DNA from: a virus | Lineage: Duplodnaviria > Caudoviricetes | Length of the DNA: 64,000 nucleotides | IMG/VR virus record: IMGVR_UViG_3300048592_000967 | Coordinates: 1,065-65,064 of that record | Strand: one strand, 5' to 3' | In this document: in pieces, positions 29,626-37,662 of the stretch | How the letters are laid out: each line of letters starts with the position of its first letter | How positions within the stretch are numbered: position 1 is the first letter of the stretch | Notes under the pieces: generated by a model | Told to the model about the DNA's origin: nothing | The model's input: only the letters and a program-made list of their open reading frames with translations | Database searches by the model: none | Program-made: the position numbers and the translations under genes

Positions 29626-29671
29626 GGGTCGCCGAAGCGCTCAAGGTAGCGTCGGCGACCCCTTTTCTTTT
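29626..29671 (+). terminator. Intrinsic terminator in the late-operon leader
   Basis: GGGTCGCCGA..TCGGCGACCC stem followed by TTTTCTTTT. Confidence 0.7.
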
Positions 29672-29687
29672 GAGAGGCGGAACACGG

Positions 29688-30038
29688 ATGGCACGGAACG
29701 GGGAAGCAGTCCTGGCCAGGAAGGCCACGAGCAAGGAAGCAGACGCAGACAATCCACTCGACTTCACGGACAGCCCACCATCCGATAGCCGAACGATTCC
29801 CACCGTCGAGGCTGCTGCTGCAGTGCACTGGCTCGAATGGTGCACTCACCGCAATGCTCAGGTGCGCTGGTTCACTCGCCAGCGCAATGGCGAGCGCCGT
29901 GTGCGAGTAACACTGGCCAATGGTGTCACCTACGAGGGGGCCACCCTGGCCGAAGCTGCCGGGGCGTGTGAGGAGCGCCTCAACCGCATGGTGCGCCAGA
30001 CTGGTGAGCGGGTGCTTCGCAGGGTCGGCGGCCTGTGA
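29688..30038 (+). CDS. Hypothetical protein, first gene of the head operon
   Basis: GAGG RBS; stop overlaps the portal start. Confidence 0.65.
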   Translation: MARNGEAVLARKATSKEADADNPLDFTDSPPSDSRTIPTVEAAAAVHWLEWCTHRNAQVRWFTRQRNGERRVRVTLANGVTYEGATLAEAAGACEERLNRMVRQTGERVLRRVGGL

Positions 30039-31561
30039 ATCTGATCGAACTCGGCCGTGGCTTTGTGCGCTCGATGCTCCCGCGCTTCTCGCGTGATGAG
30101 CGTCGCGTTGTGCAGGGCACTCTGGTCGGTGCTACAGAGCTGAAGGCCCCGCCAGGGTCGAGCCTGGAGGTTGAGGACATCCCGGACAGGCCCCGGCCGG
30201 GTCGTAGGTCCCGGCCCTTCGGCAACTATTGGGACCATCTCGGCTACACACTGGGGTCCCGACTTATCAACCCAGACAACCTCTCCGTGGAAAACTACCG
30301 GATGATGGTCGATGAGGATGAGACGGTGTCCTCGGCTATCGAGTTTACCACCCTGAATGTGGTGGAAGCCTTCGGCGTCTATCACAACACCAACCGCCGC
30401 GCGCGCAACTACGAGGAGCAGCTCTGGGCTCAGTGCCAGGACAGTCTGGCCGGCTACCTGCGGGAGGCTCTGACCGCACTCTGGGCGGGATACAGCGTTG
30501 CCGAGCGAGTCTATCACTACGACGGCTCGAAGCTCTGGCTCGATCAGCTCCCGGTGATTGACCCGGCGGGGGTCGACTTCGTAATGGAGACAGACAGGAC
30601 CAGTCGTCGCTATGGCCGGGTAGCTGGGGTAGCCCATCGACTGATGGCGCTCGATGAGCCAATTGGGATTGAGTCACTGGCCATCTACTCGCACAATAGC
30701 CTGTTCGGCAACCCCTGGGGTCGCAGTCGCTGCAAATCGATGTTCCCGAACTGGGTCAGCAAGAAAGCGCTTTTCTTGCAGTGGGGGCGGACGCTGGAGC
30801 GCTACGGGACGCCGACCAGTATCGGGAAAAGCCAAAACCTCCAGCAGCTGGAGGAGCATTGGGAGAAACCGGACCAGCAGGCGACCCGTGGCGAGAATCT
30901 GCTGGACATGCTCGAGCGGCTACACGAGACCGGCCAGGCTGCGCTGCCGACCGACATCGAGCTTGTCCTGATCGAGGCTAAGGCGGCCCTGGGCGAGGAC
31001 TTTGAGCGGGCCCAGAACCATTTCAATAAGTGCATCCTGAGGGGCCTGTTGATCCCCGCTCTGCTGTTCGAACCGACGGACATCGGGAGTTTTGCCTTGG
31101 GCCAGAAGCACTTTGAGATTTTCATGAGCTCGGTGCACATGATCGCAGACGAACTGCGCCGGATTGTGCTCCGCTACATCATAGGGCCCTTGTTGCGCTG
31201 GAACTTCGGAACGCGAATCCCGATCGGTGAATACCGGGCCCCGAAGCTGCTGGTGGCAGACCAAAAGCTATGGGCCGAAATCTTCTTCTCGATGGCCAAC
31301 GCCGGCTTCATCCGTAAAGACTTACAGGAGGATGCGAACGTCGTGCGCGATCGCCTGGGCTTCCCGCTCTGGGAGGAGATGCCAGCGCCGGCGCCCGTGG
31401 AGCCCGTTCCGAGTGGTGCGCCCGGAGAGGGCCTTCCGGGTGACAAGGCCCCCGATGGCCGTGGCGGCCTCGACCCAGGTTTCCCCAGCCCGACGCCCCA
31501 GGCTCCGAGCAAGCCTCAAGGTCGACGTGGCGCCAAAGCCAAGCGGAGGAATGGACGATGA
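30035..31561 (+). CDS. Portal protein (DUF935/Mu gp29-like)
   Basis: ALWAGYSVAE, NPWGRS, LERYGTP, GSFALGQKH motifs. Confidence 0.9.
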   Translation: MNLIELGRGFVRSMLPRFSRDERRVVQGTLVGATELKAPPGSSLEVEDIPDRPRPGRRSRPFGNYWDHLGYTLGSRLINPDNLSVENYRMMVDEDETVSSAIEFTTLNVVEAFGVYHNTNRRARNYEEQLWAQCQDSLAGYLREALTALWAGYSVAERVYHYDGSKLWLDQLPVIDPAGVDFVMETDRTSRRYGRVAGVAHRLMALDEPIGIESLAIYSHNSLFGNPWGRSRCKSMFPNWVSKKALFLQWGRTLERYGTPTSIGKSQNLQQLEEHWEKPDQQATRGENLLDMLERLHETGQAALPTDIELVLIEAKAALGEDFERAQNHFNKCILRGLLIPALLFEPTDIGSFALGQKHFEIFMSSVHMIADELRRIVLRYIIGPLLRWNFGTRIPIGEYRAPKLLVADQKLWAEIFFSMANAGFIRKDLQEDANVVRDRLGFPLWEEMPAPAPVEPVPSGAPGEGLPGDKAPDGRGGLDPGFPSPTPQAPSKPQGRRGAKAKRRNGR

Positions 31562-32850
31562 AGAAGCCAGCTGCTTATGTGGAGTGTTGCCAGGAGCTTG
31601 AGTCTGCCGGGATGGACTCAGACAAGGCCTGCCGGGCATGCGAGATCGCCTTCTGGCAGGCGCACGGGATGACCGTTGAGGCCGCTGAGCGATACGGCTT
31701 GGACCCGGGTGGGAGCCTGGTTGACGCGGCGTGGATGTCGACCGTGGAACTGTCCAGCAAGGCGCTGGCGCAGCCCGATCGGCACGTTGGCCTGACGTGG
31801 GAGCTGACCGCGCAGGGCCCGGACAAGGTCGACCTCTCGGCCTTCGGGTTTGAGCCTGAACCGACCAAACGCCGGCGGCTGTTTCGGGAAGTGTTGATGC
31901 TTGCCCCCGGCCGGTTCAACAGCTTCGATTTCACCGACGCACACCTGCGCAACTGCGCCAACAACTTTTCCAAAATGGACAATCCGCCGATTCTGATCGA
32001 CCACGAGGTGAGCGCCAAAAACCTCCTCGGATGGATCCGAGGCCTGCGCTATGAGCCTGGCTGGGACGAGGATTCCAGTCGCCTCTTGGGGCTCTGGGAG
32101 TTCCTCGGCGAGGAGGCCTGCAGCAAGGTCGAGGACGGCGTTTATAAGCGAATTTCAGGCAGCTTCCTTCTTCCGAAGGAGCCGTCTGAGCAACGGGTGC
32201 TCGAGGGGTCCATAGTGGTGCGCGGCGCGTACGACCGGGGGCCGTTCGACAGAGCTCAAATCCTAGGAGGAGAAACGACGATGTCTGTTCCCAAAGCCGC
32301 TGCGGCGGCACAGTCGGTTTCGCTGTCGACCGCGGCGCCCGCCACCAAAGACGGCAACAATCCAAACCCGGCGCCTGAGGCTCAGCCTGAGCCCGCACCG
32401 GCCGCTCCGGCGGCTTCGCCGGAGCCTGCACCGGTGGCGCTGAGTGCCGACTCCGCTCAGGTCCTGCAACTGCTCCAGCAAGTGGTCAGCAACCAGCAGG
32501 CTCTGAGCCAGGAGGTGAAGGACCTGAAGGAAGAGCGCTCCCAGCGGGTGGCGCTCGAGCGAAAGGCCCTCGACGACCAGGCCTACCAGGACCTGGTTCG
32601 GCTCGGCAAGAGCGCCCCGGCCCTAAAGGACAAGGAACTCAAAATCCTGTCCGAGCTCCCCCCGGGTGCCCGCGAGAGCTACCTGGAGTTGCGTCGCGAG
32701 CTGCCCAACGTCTGGCCGGCGCAGCCTCGCCAATCAGGAGTGGTCAATCTGACGGCGCCGGGACAAGAACCGGACGAGAGTCAGGAAATGCTGAAGCTGG
32801 CTAAAAAAATGGGCCTGCCCGTGCAAACCGCTGAAGGAGGTGGCCAGTAA
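31558..32850 (+). CDS. Prohead protease-scaffold fusion (Mu gpI-like)
   Basis: PILIDH..LGWI..YKRISGSF protease core, Pro/Ala linker, coiled coil, C-terminal LAKKMGL. Confidence 0.85.
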   Translation: MKKPAAYVECCQELESAGMDSDKACRACEIAFWQAHGMTVEAAERYGLDPGGSLVDAAWMSTVELSSKALAQPDRHVGLTWELTAQGPDKVDLSAFGFEPEPTKRRRLFREVLMLAPGRFNSFDFTDAHLRNCANNFSKMDNPPILIDHEVSAKNLLGWIRGLRYEPGWDEDSSRLLGLWEFLGEEACSKVEDGVYKRISGSFLLPKEPSEQRVLEGSIVVRGAYDRGPFDRAQILGGETTMSVPKAAAAAQSVSLSTAAPATKDGNNPNPAPEAQPEPAPAAPAASPEPAPVALSADSAQVLQLLQQVVSNQQALSQEVKDLKEERSQRVALERKALDDQAYQDLVRLGKSAPALKDKELKILSELPPGARESYLELRRELPNVWPAQPRQSGVVNLTAPGQEPDESQEMLKLAKKMGLPVQTAEGGGQ

Positions 32851-33299
32851 TGCAGCCTGTCTACAAAAGCGAAGGCAGTTATGCCGATGTCCATATCCGC
32901 GCCTACGCGGACCCGAGCCTCTACGACGGCTATCCCATCCCGCTGAAAGCGGGCCAGGGAGTCATCGCCGGCGGCACAGTGATGGCCAAGCAAACCTCAT
33001 CCAGCGAGTATGTGCCTTACGACGATGACGGCACCGACGATGGCCGGCGCACCGCCACCTGCATCCTGGAGTCTACCGTAGACACCAACAACGGCGCAGA
33101 CCCGGTGATGGGCTACGGCTACGACAAAGGTCCCTTTATCGAGGCCAACCTGATTGGATTGGACGCCGCGGCAAAAACCGACCTGCGGGCTGTGTCTCGG
33201 CCGGGCGGCATCCTGTCCGTTGGATTGGGCGCCGTAGGCCCTACTGGCCCCACGGGTCCTACCGGCCCGACTGGCCCCACCGGCCCCACCGGAGCGTAA
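32850..33299 (+). CDS. Head decoration protein (gpD-like) with C-terminal (GPT)6 collagen-like tail
   Basis: LKAGQGVI.GGTVM..YVPY..DG..ATCIL; GPT repeats at 33237-33290. Confidence 0.85.
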   Translation: MQPVYKSEGSYADVHIRAYADPSLYDGYPIPLKAGQGVIAGGTVMAKQTSSSEYVPYDDDGTDDGRRTATCILESTVDTNNGADPVMGYGYDKGPFIEANLIGLDAAAKTDLRAVSRPGGILSVGLGAVGPTGPTGPTGPTGPTGPTGA

Positions 33300-33324
33300 C
33301 TTTCGACCAACGCAGGCCAGCCTG

Positions 33325-33349
33325 CTCTGTGAACGGGGAATTTGCAGAG
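33325..33349 (+). promoter_or_regulatory. Conserved hairpin (CGGGGAA loop) overlapping the capsid RBS
   Basis: CTCTGTGAA-CGGGGAA-TTTGCAGAG; near-identical at 35992-36016. Confidence 0.7.
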
Positions 33350-33362
33350 GAGTTTACCCAAA

Positions 33363-34475
33363 ATGCTTATGTGGCCCACTACTCGCGCGGCAATCACGCT
33401 GCTGCAATCGTTTGTGCCCGACCCTACCAAATTCCGCGGCATCACGCAGTATCTGCCCCTGGACGTCGTTACCCAGACGGACAGCGAGGCAGCTCACTGG
33501 GAGGTGCTGGGGCCGATGCTCGGACTGCTGCCGGCCTACGGTGGCGGACGTTCTCGGCTCATCCGTTCCCAGGTTCTGGAGCGAAAATCCATCTCTACCG
33601 CCTACTGGCGAGGTAACGCTGTCGTCGAGGAGCGCGAGATCAATCGCATCGCCTCGATCTCGGACCCCTCCCGTCAGCGCTTGGCAGCTAAAGAGCTGAT
33701 CGCTCGCAAACTGCTAAACCTGAGCATCGCCACGGACCGGCGGCTTGAGTGGCTGGTCTGGAAGGCCCTGGACAACATGCTGAACACCTTCGACGACAAC
33801 GGAGTGAAGTTCAGCCTCGACTACGACCTGCCGGAAGCGAAAGAGCCCGACAACTACTGGGACGACTTTGCAGCCGCGACCCCGATCGCGGACTTTCAGA
33901 ACGAAATCCGGGAGTTTCTCGGCACCGGCGTTTCCAGCGTCGACGTCGTTTACAACGGGAACGTTGAACTGCTGATCAGCCAGAACGAGAGCATCGCCGA
34001 CAAGGTTGGCGGCACCAACTGGGTCGGAAACACGGGCACCGCCGACGTGATGCAACTGCTCAAGCGCCTCATTCAGGGCGAGGGAGAGAGTGGCAGCACC
34101 GGACCGCGTATTCGCGAGATGGTCTGCTACGACGAGGGCTATCACGACGAGAGCGGCACGTTCCAGCTCTTCCTGCCGGATGACACCGTGTTCCTGATCG
34201 GCCAGGCTGGTCCGGAATATGCGGAGGAAGGCGGACCCTCTGACCGAGGCACTGTTGGAGCCACCTTGTCCACCCCAGTGATGCATCAGGACTTCGACTC
34301 GATGGCCCTGGCCGGTGACCCGCGCGCAGGTCTGCGACCGGGCAAGTTCGTGACCATCGACGACCAGACGAAAGTTTCGCCCAAGCAGGTTGTCTGCGAG
34401 GGCGGGATCAACGCCGTTCCGGCAATCAAGCGCCCCACCTGGATTCGGCGAATTCGGGTCAAGGAACGCGCTTAA
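33363..34475 (+). CDS. Major capsid protein (lambda gpE-like family)
   Basis: RRLEWLVWKAL, PIADF, YDEGY..FLPDD; follows the decoration gene; GAGGAG RBS before ATG 33363. Confidence 0.9.
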   Translation: MLMWPTTRAAITLLQSFVPDPTKFRGITQYLPLDVVTQTDSEAAHWEVLGPMLGLLPAYGGGRSRLIRSQVLERKSISTAYWRGNAVVEEREINRIASISDPSRQRLAAKELIARKLLNLSIATDRRLEWLVWKALDNMLNTFDDNGVKFSLDYDLPEAKEPDNYWDDFAAATPIADFQNEIREFLGTGVSSVDVVYNGNVELLISQNESIADKVGGTNWVGNTGTADVMQLLKRLIQGEGESGSTGPRIREMVCYDEGYHDESGTFQLFLPDDTVFLIGQAGPEYAEEGGPSDRGTVGATLSTPVMHQDFDSMALAGDPRAGLRPGKFVTIDDQTKVSPKQVVCEGGINAVPAIKRPTWIRRIRVKERA

Positions 34476-34565
34476 CAAGTTTGGCAGCTCGGGCGGGCGG
34501 GTGTTCCCCCGTGCCCGTCCGCCCGGTGCGGCCATTTACCACACTACCCCAGGAAGGAGCCCCGC

Positions 34566-35030
34566 ATGCCCTACGCAACCGAAGAGCAAATCAGAGCCCG
34601 CGCCACGCGCTACCTCGACCGAGCCACCTCTGAGCAGCTGGCAGCGGGACTCGAGTTCGGGGCAAGCAAGGTTAACTCTCGGCTCTCTACCTCTCGCTAT
34701 GCGTCACTCATTCCGTTTGCCGCGCCGGTACCCGGCATTGTCACGTCGATCGCCGCGGACCTGGCCGCCTATTTCGTGCTCGACGACCTCTTCCAGCAGG
34801 GCGAGTCTACGGCCCCCATCGAGTACGCCCGCGAACTCTACCAGCGAGCGATGGAAGAACTACAGGCCATTGTTGACGGTAATGCCGACATTCCCGAGTC
34901 AGAGATTTCATCCGAAACCCTCCCAAAGCCGTCCGTTGCCTTCCGGCGTGGGTCCTGTCCCACACCCCTGGCCAACTTCGACGGCCGCAACATGCCCAAG
35001 CATCCTCTTTACCGCAGGGGGTTGCTATGA
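34566..35030 (+). CDS. Head-tail adaptor (DUF1320/Mu gp36-like)
   Basis: MPYAT..., VNSRL..RY..PF, IAADLAAY, YQRAMEELQAI..G. Confidence 0.85.
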   Translation: MPYATEEQIRARATRYLDRATSEQLAAGLEFGASKVNSRLSTSRYASLIPFAAPVPGIVTSIAADLAAYFVLDDLFQQGESTAPIEYARELYQRAMEELQAIVDGNADIPESEISSETLPKPSVAFRRGSCPTPLANFDGRNMPKHPLYRRGLL

Positions 35031-35509
35031 TCGACGCCAGCCTGGACCTCAGGGAGATGGAGGCGGCGCTGCGCCAGCTCGAGCAGCGGACCAAGAACCT
35101 CCGTGCACCAGTGGAGAAAATCGGCGAACTGGCCCGCCGAGAGGCAGACAAGACTTTCTCGGCCCAGGGCCCCAACTGGCCCAAGTCGACCTACAGGGGC
35201 AAGCCTAAAGGCACTCCGACCGGTGTCAAAAGCGGCCGCCTGAAGGCCGACTTTACCCGCGAGGGTGCACCCGGCAACATTTCCAAGGTCACGGCCCAGG
35301 GGGGCGAGTTCGGGGCCCGTACGCCCTACGCAGACAAGTTTCAGCGCGGCGGCAACACCCGTTTCCCGAAGGGCCGCCAGGTCCCTGGCAAGCGGCGACG
35401 CTGGCGCACCGTCTACATGCCACCCCGGCCCGTCGTTACCGACCCCGTGGGCGCTTACCTCGCCCAAATCAATCAGATCCTTGCCGATCATTTCGAGGTG
35501 AAAAATTGA
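35027..35509 (+). CDS. Virion morphogenesis/tail completion protein (Mu gpG-like)
   Basis: SGRLK, PYA..QRGG, MPPRP. Confidence 0.8.
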   Translation: MIDASLDLREMEAALRQLEQRTKNLRAPVEKIGELARREADKTFSAQGPNWPKSTYRGKPKGTPTGVKSGRLKADFTREGAPGNISKVTAQGGEFGARTPYADKFQRGGNTRFPKGRQVPGKRRRWRTVYMPPRPVVTDPVGAYLAQINQILADHFEVKN

Positions 35510-35976
35510 GCCAGCTCGCCGTCCGCAACGCAATCGCCGATCACCTGGAGAGCCTGCTGCCTACGCTCCTGGAAGGCTGGCAAACGGTCGTCTCCGGCAA
35601 AGGCCAGCCCATCCTGGACGCTGACTACCCGCTGATCCGGGTCGCCTCCCTGGGTATCGGTGCGCCCGAACTGGACTTCGGTCTCGGGCAGGGCCTGCGT
35701 GGCGCCCAGCCGACGCTGCGCTTTGAGATCCAGGGTTACGTCTCAGCGCCGACCGTCGACGACGAGGCCGAGGAGCTGCTCGGTAATCTCGTCTGGTCAG
35801 AAAGTTCCGATCAGGGCCTGTATCCCGCCCTACTCCTGATGGCCCTGCTGGGCATCGAAGCAGGCGGGAGAACCTGGCTCTGGGAGGTTGGCGAGGCGGT
35901 CTACTTTGACCCATCCGATGGGGACCGGTGGACCCGAGGGGTGACCATTCCAATCAGCGCCTCAACCACGCTGTAA
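35506..35976 (+). CDS. Probable tail terminator
   Basis: Position before the tail tube; acidic, YP.I.V motif. Confidence 0.6.
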   Translation: MSQLAVRNAIADHLESLLPTLLEGWQTVVSGKGQPILDADYPLIRVASLGIGAPELDFGLGQGLRGAQPTLRFEIQGYVSAPTVDDEAEELLGNLVWSESSDQGLYPALLLMALLGIEAGGRTWLWEVGEAVYFDPSDGDRWTRGVTIPISASTTL

Positions 35977-35991
35977 CCGGCCCTCGGGCCG

Positions 35992-36016
35992 CTCTGTGAA
36001 CGGGGAATTTACAGAG
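35992..36016 (+). promoter_or_regulatory. Conserved hairpin overlapping the tail-tube RBS
   Basis: CTCTGTGAA-CGGGGAA-TTTACAGAG. Confidence 0.7.
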
Positions 36017-36029
36017 GAGTCAACTGAAT

Positions 36030-36812
36030 ATGGGAACGTTCCGTAACCAGAAGGTCGGCGGCGGAGTGGTGGAAGTCGACGACGTCGACATCGGTCACAC
36101 CCAGAACGACATCGCATTCGCACGAACCACGGAGACTCTGGATGGCGAGGACTATATCCCGCTCCAGACGACTGGACGTGTCATCATCAAGGAGAGCGTC
36201 TCGATCAAAATTGAGGCACTCGAAATCACGGCAGAGAACGTCAGCCGGGCGTCTCTGAACATCCCCGTGACCAACTACGCCGGCACTCCCGTCACCGTGG
36301 CCTTCTTCGTGTCCGGCGACGACCCCCCGAGCCAGGCCCGCACGTTCAAGACCTATCAGAACGGCAGCCTGAAGTACATCCAGCTCGACGGGCCAAACGT
36401 CGCCAGTCTCGTGATCAAAAGCGAGGACGAGGAAGATACCATCGCCTCTACCGAGTACTACGTGGACGCTATCAACGGCCGGGTGTTCGCGGTTCCTGGT
36501 GGCGACCTGGACGAAGAAGATCTCGTCGTGCACGTGGCCTACCAGTACACGCCGCCGGCAAAGAAGCGTTTGCGCCTCGGTGCAAACCTGCCCATCATCG
36601 ACCGGTCCATCAAGGTTACCCACGTCAGCACCCTGGACCGTATGACCATCGTCTACCACCTCTGGAAGTGCAACGGGCAGGGCACTCTGGAGATGGCGCT
36701 CAAAAAGAAAGAGTGGTGGAGCGTCGCTCTCGACATGGTGGCCACGCCCGACTACGACAACCACCCCGACGAGCCGTTCGGCTATATCGACTTCATCCCG
36801 TTCGCGGCATAA
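36030..36812 (+). CDS. Major tail (tube) protein
   Basis: Beta-rich, DIGHT and LEITAENV motifs; precedes the chaperone and TMP. Confidence 0.8.
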   Translation: MGTFRNQKVGGGVVEVDDVDIGHTQNDIAFARTTETLDGEDYIPLQTTGRVIIKESVSIKIEALEITAENVSRASLNIPVTNYAGTPVTVAFFVSGDDPPSQARTFKTYQNGSLKYIQLDGPNVASLVIKSEDEEDTIASTEYYVDAINGRVFAVPGGDLDEEDLVVHVAYQYTPPAKKRLRLGANLPIIDRSIKVTHVSTLDRMTIVYHLWKCNGQGTLEMALKKKEWWSVALDMVATPDYDNHPDEPFGYIDFIPFAA

Positions 36813-36874
36813 CCGCGAGTTGAGCTTCGCGCCCTCTGATCGGATTGACCACCATCACGAGAACGGGGCTCTCC

Positions 36875-37462
36875 ATGAAAACCGAAGAAAAAGTAGACCA
36901 CAGAGGACTGATGCAGCGCCTTCACCTGATTGGTGGGCGCAAGTTCTGGATCACGGAGTTGACCGCCGACGAGGCGGACGAGTTTATGCGCGTAACGCTG
37001 GCCACCCAAATGGCCACCGTGGACGACGCTCAAAACTTCCTCGACCAGGTCCAGAACAACCCCGAGGGGCGCCCGCGCAACCTCGGGTTCCTCCAGCAGC
37101 AGTTGGCCATCCTGCTCCGGTGCCCGGACGACGGCGGGGCAATCCCAACCGTCGAATGGATCCGGGCCAACGCATCCAACCGCCAAATCTCCGAAGCCGT
37201 CAGGATCCAGGAAGAGCTGAACGACCTTCCGGGCTGGTGCTCAAATTTTACGAAGAGCCTCGAGCTGCTCACCCAGTGGCTCAAAATGCTCGAGGCCGAA
37301 CTGGTCCAGACGCGTGGCTCCAATTTTGCCGACCCGTTGGGCGAGTCTATGGAAAGCTCCCGGGCGAAATTTATCGCAGCCTCAGTCGGCGCCAAATCCT
37401 CGAAGAGTGGCGGCTCGCCGTTGAAGTCGAGTGGCTCCCGAAAGCAGCCTGGGCCAAAATGA
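36875..37462 (+). CDS. Tail assembly chaperone (gpG-like)
   Basis: Between tube and TMP; in-frame slippery A AAT TTT at 37243-37249. Confidence 0.75.
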   Translation: MKTEEKVDHRGLMQRLHLIGGRKFWITELTADEADEFMRVTLATQMATVDDAQNFLDQVQNNPEGRPRNLGFLQQQLAILLRCPDDGGAIPTVEWIRANASNRQISEAVRIQEELNDLPGWCSNFTKSLELLTQWLKMLEAELVQTRGSNFADPLGESMESSRAKFIAASVGAKSSKSGGSPLKSSGSRKQPGPK

Positions 37463-37662
37463 TCGGCAAAACCCTTGAGGAGCCGAACTGGAATCGACTC
37501 TTCCCGGACCGACGCACGGCCGACTACCAGCCCAGCGTCGACGAGAAGGGTCGACCTGTTTCCCAGCGCGAGCTTTATGACCAACTGAAGGCTGGCGGTC
37601 AACTGAAGAACACCTATAAGGACCACCTCGAGCGCTTGCGCGCCCAAGAGGAGGCCGACTAA
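37243..37662 (+). CDS. -1 frameshift extension of the tail chaperone (gpGT-like)
   Basis: -1 frame open from the slippery site to a stop immediately before the TMP ATG. Confidence 0.7.
   Translation, partial: KFYEEPRAAHPVAQNARGRTGPDAWLQFCRPVGRVYGKLPGEIYRSLSRRQILEEWRLAVEVEWLPKAAWAKMIGKTLEEPNWNRLFPDRRTADYQPSVDEKGRPVSQRELYDQLKAGGQLKNTYKDHLERLRAQEEAD

Noticed and set aside
34566-36812. Mu-like transposable or contractile-tailed phage
   Set aside because: Head and neck genes are Mu-like, but no transposase, sheath or baseplate gene is seen; integration is by a serine recombinase
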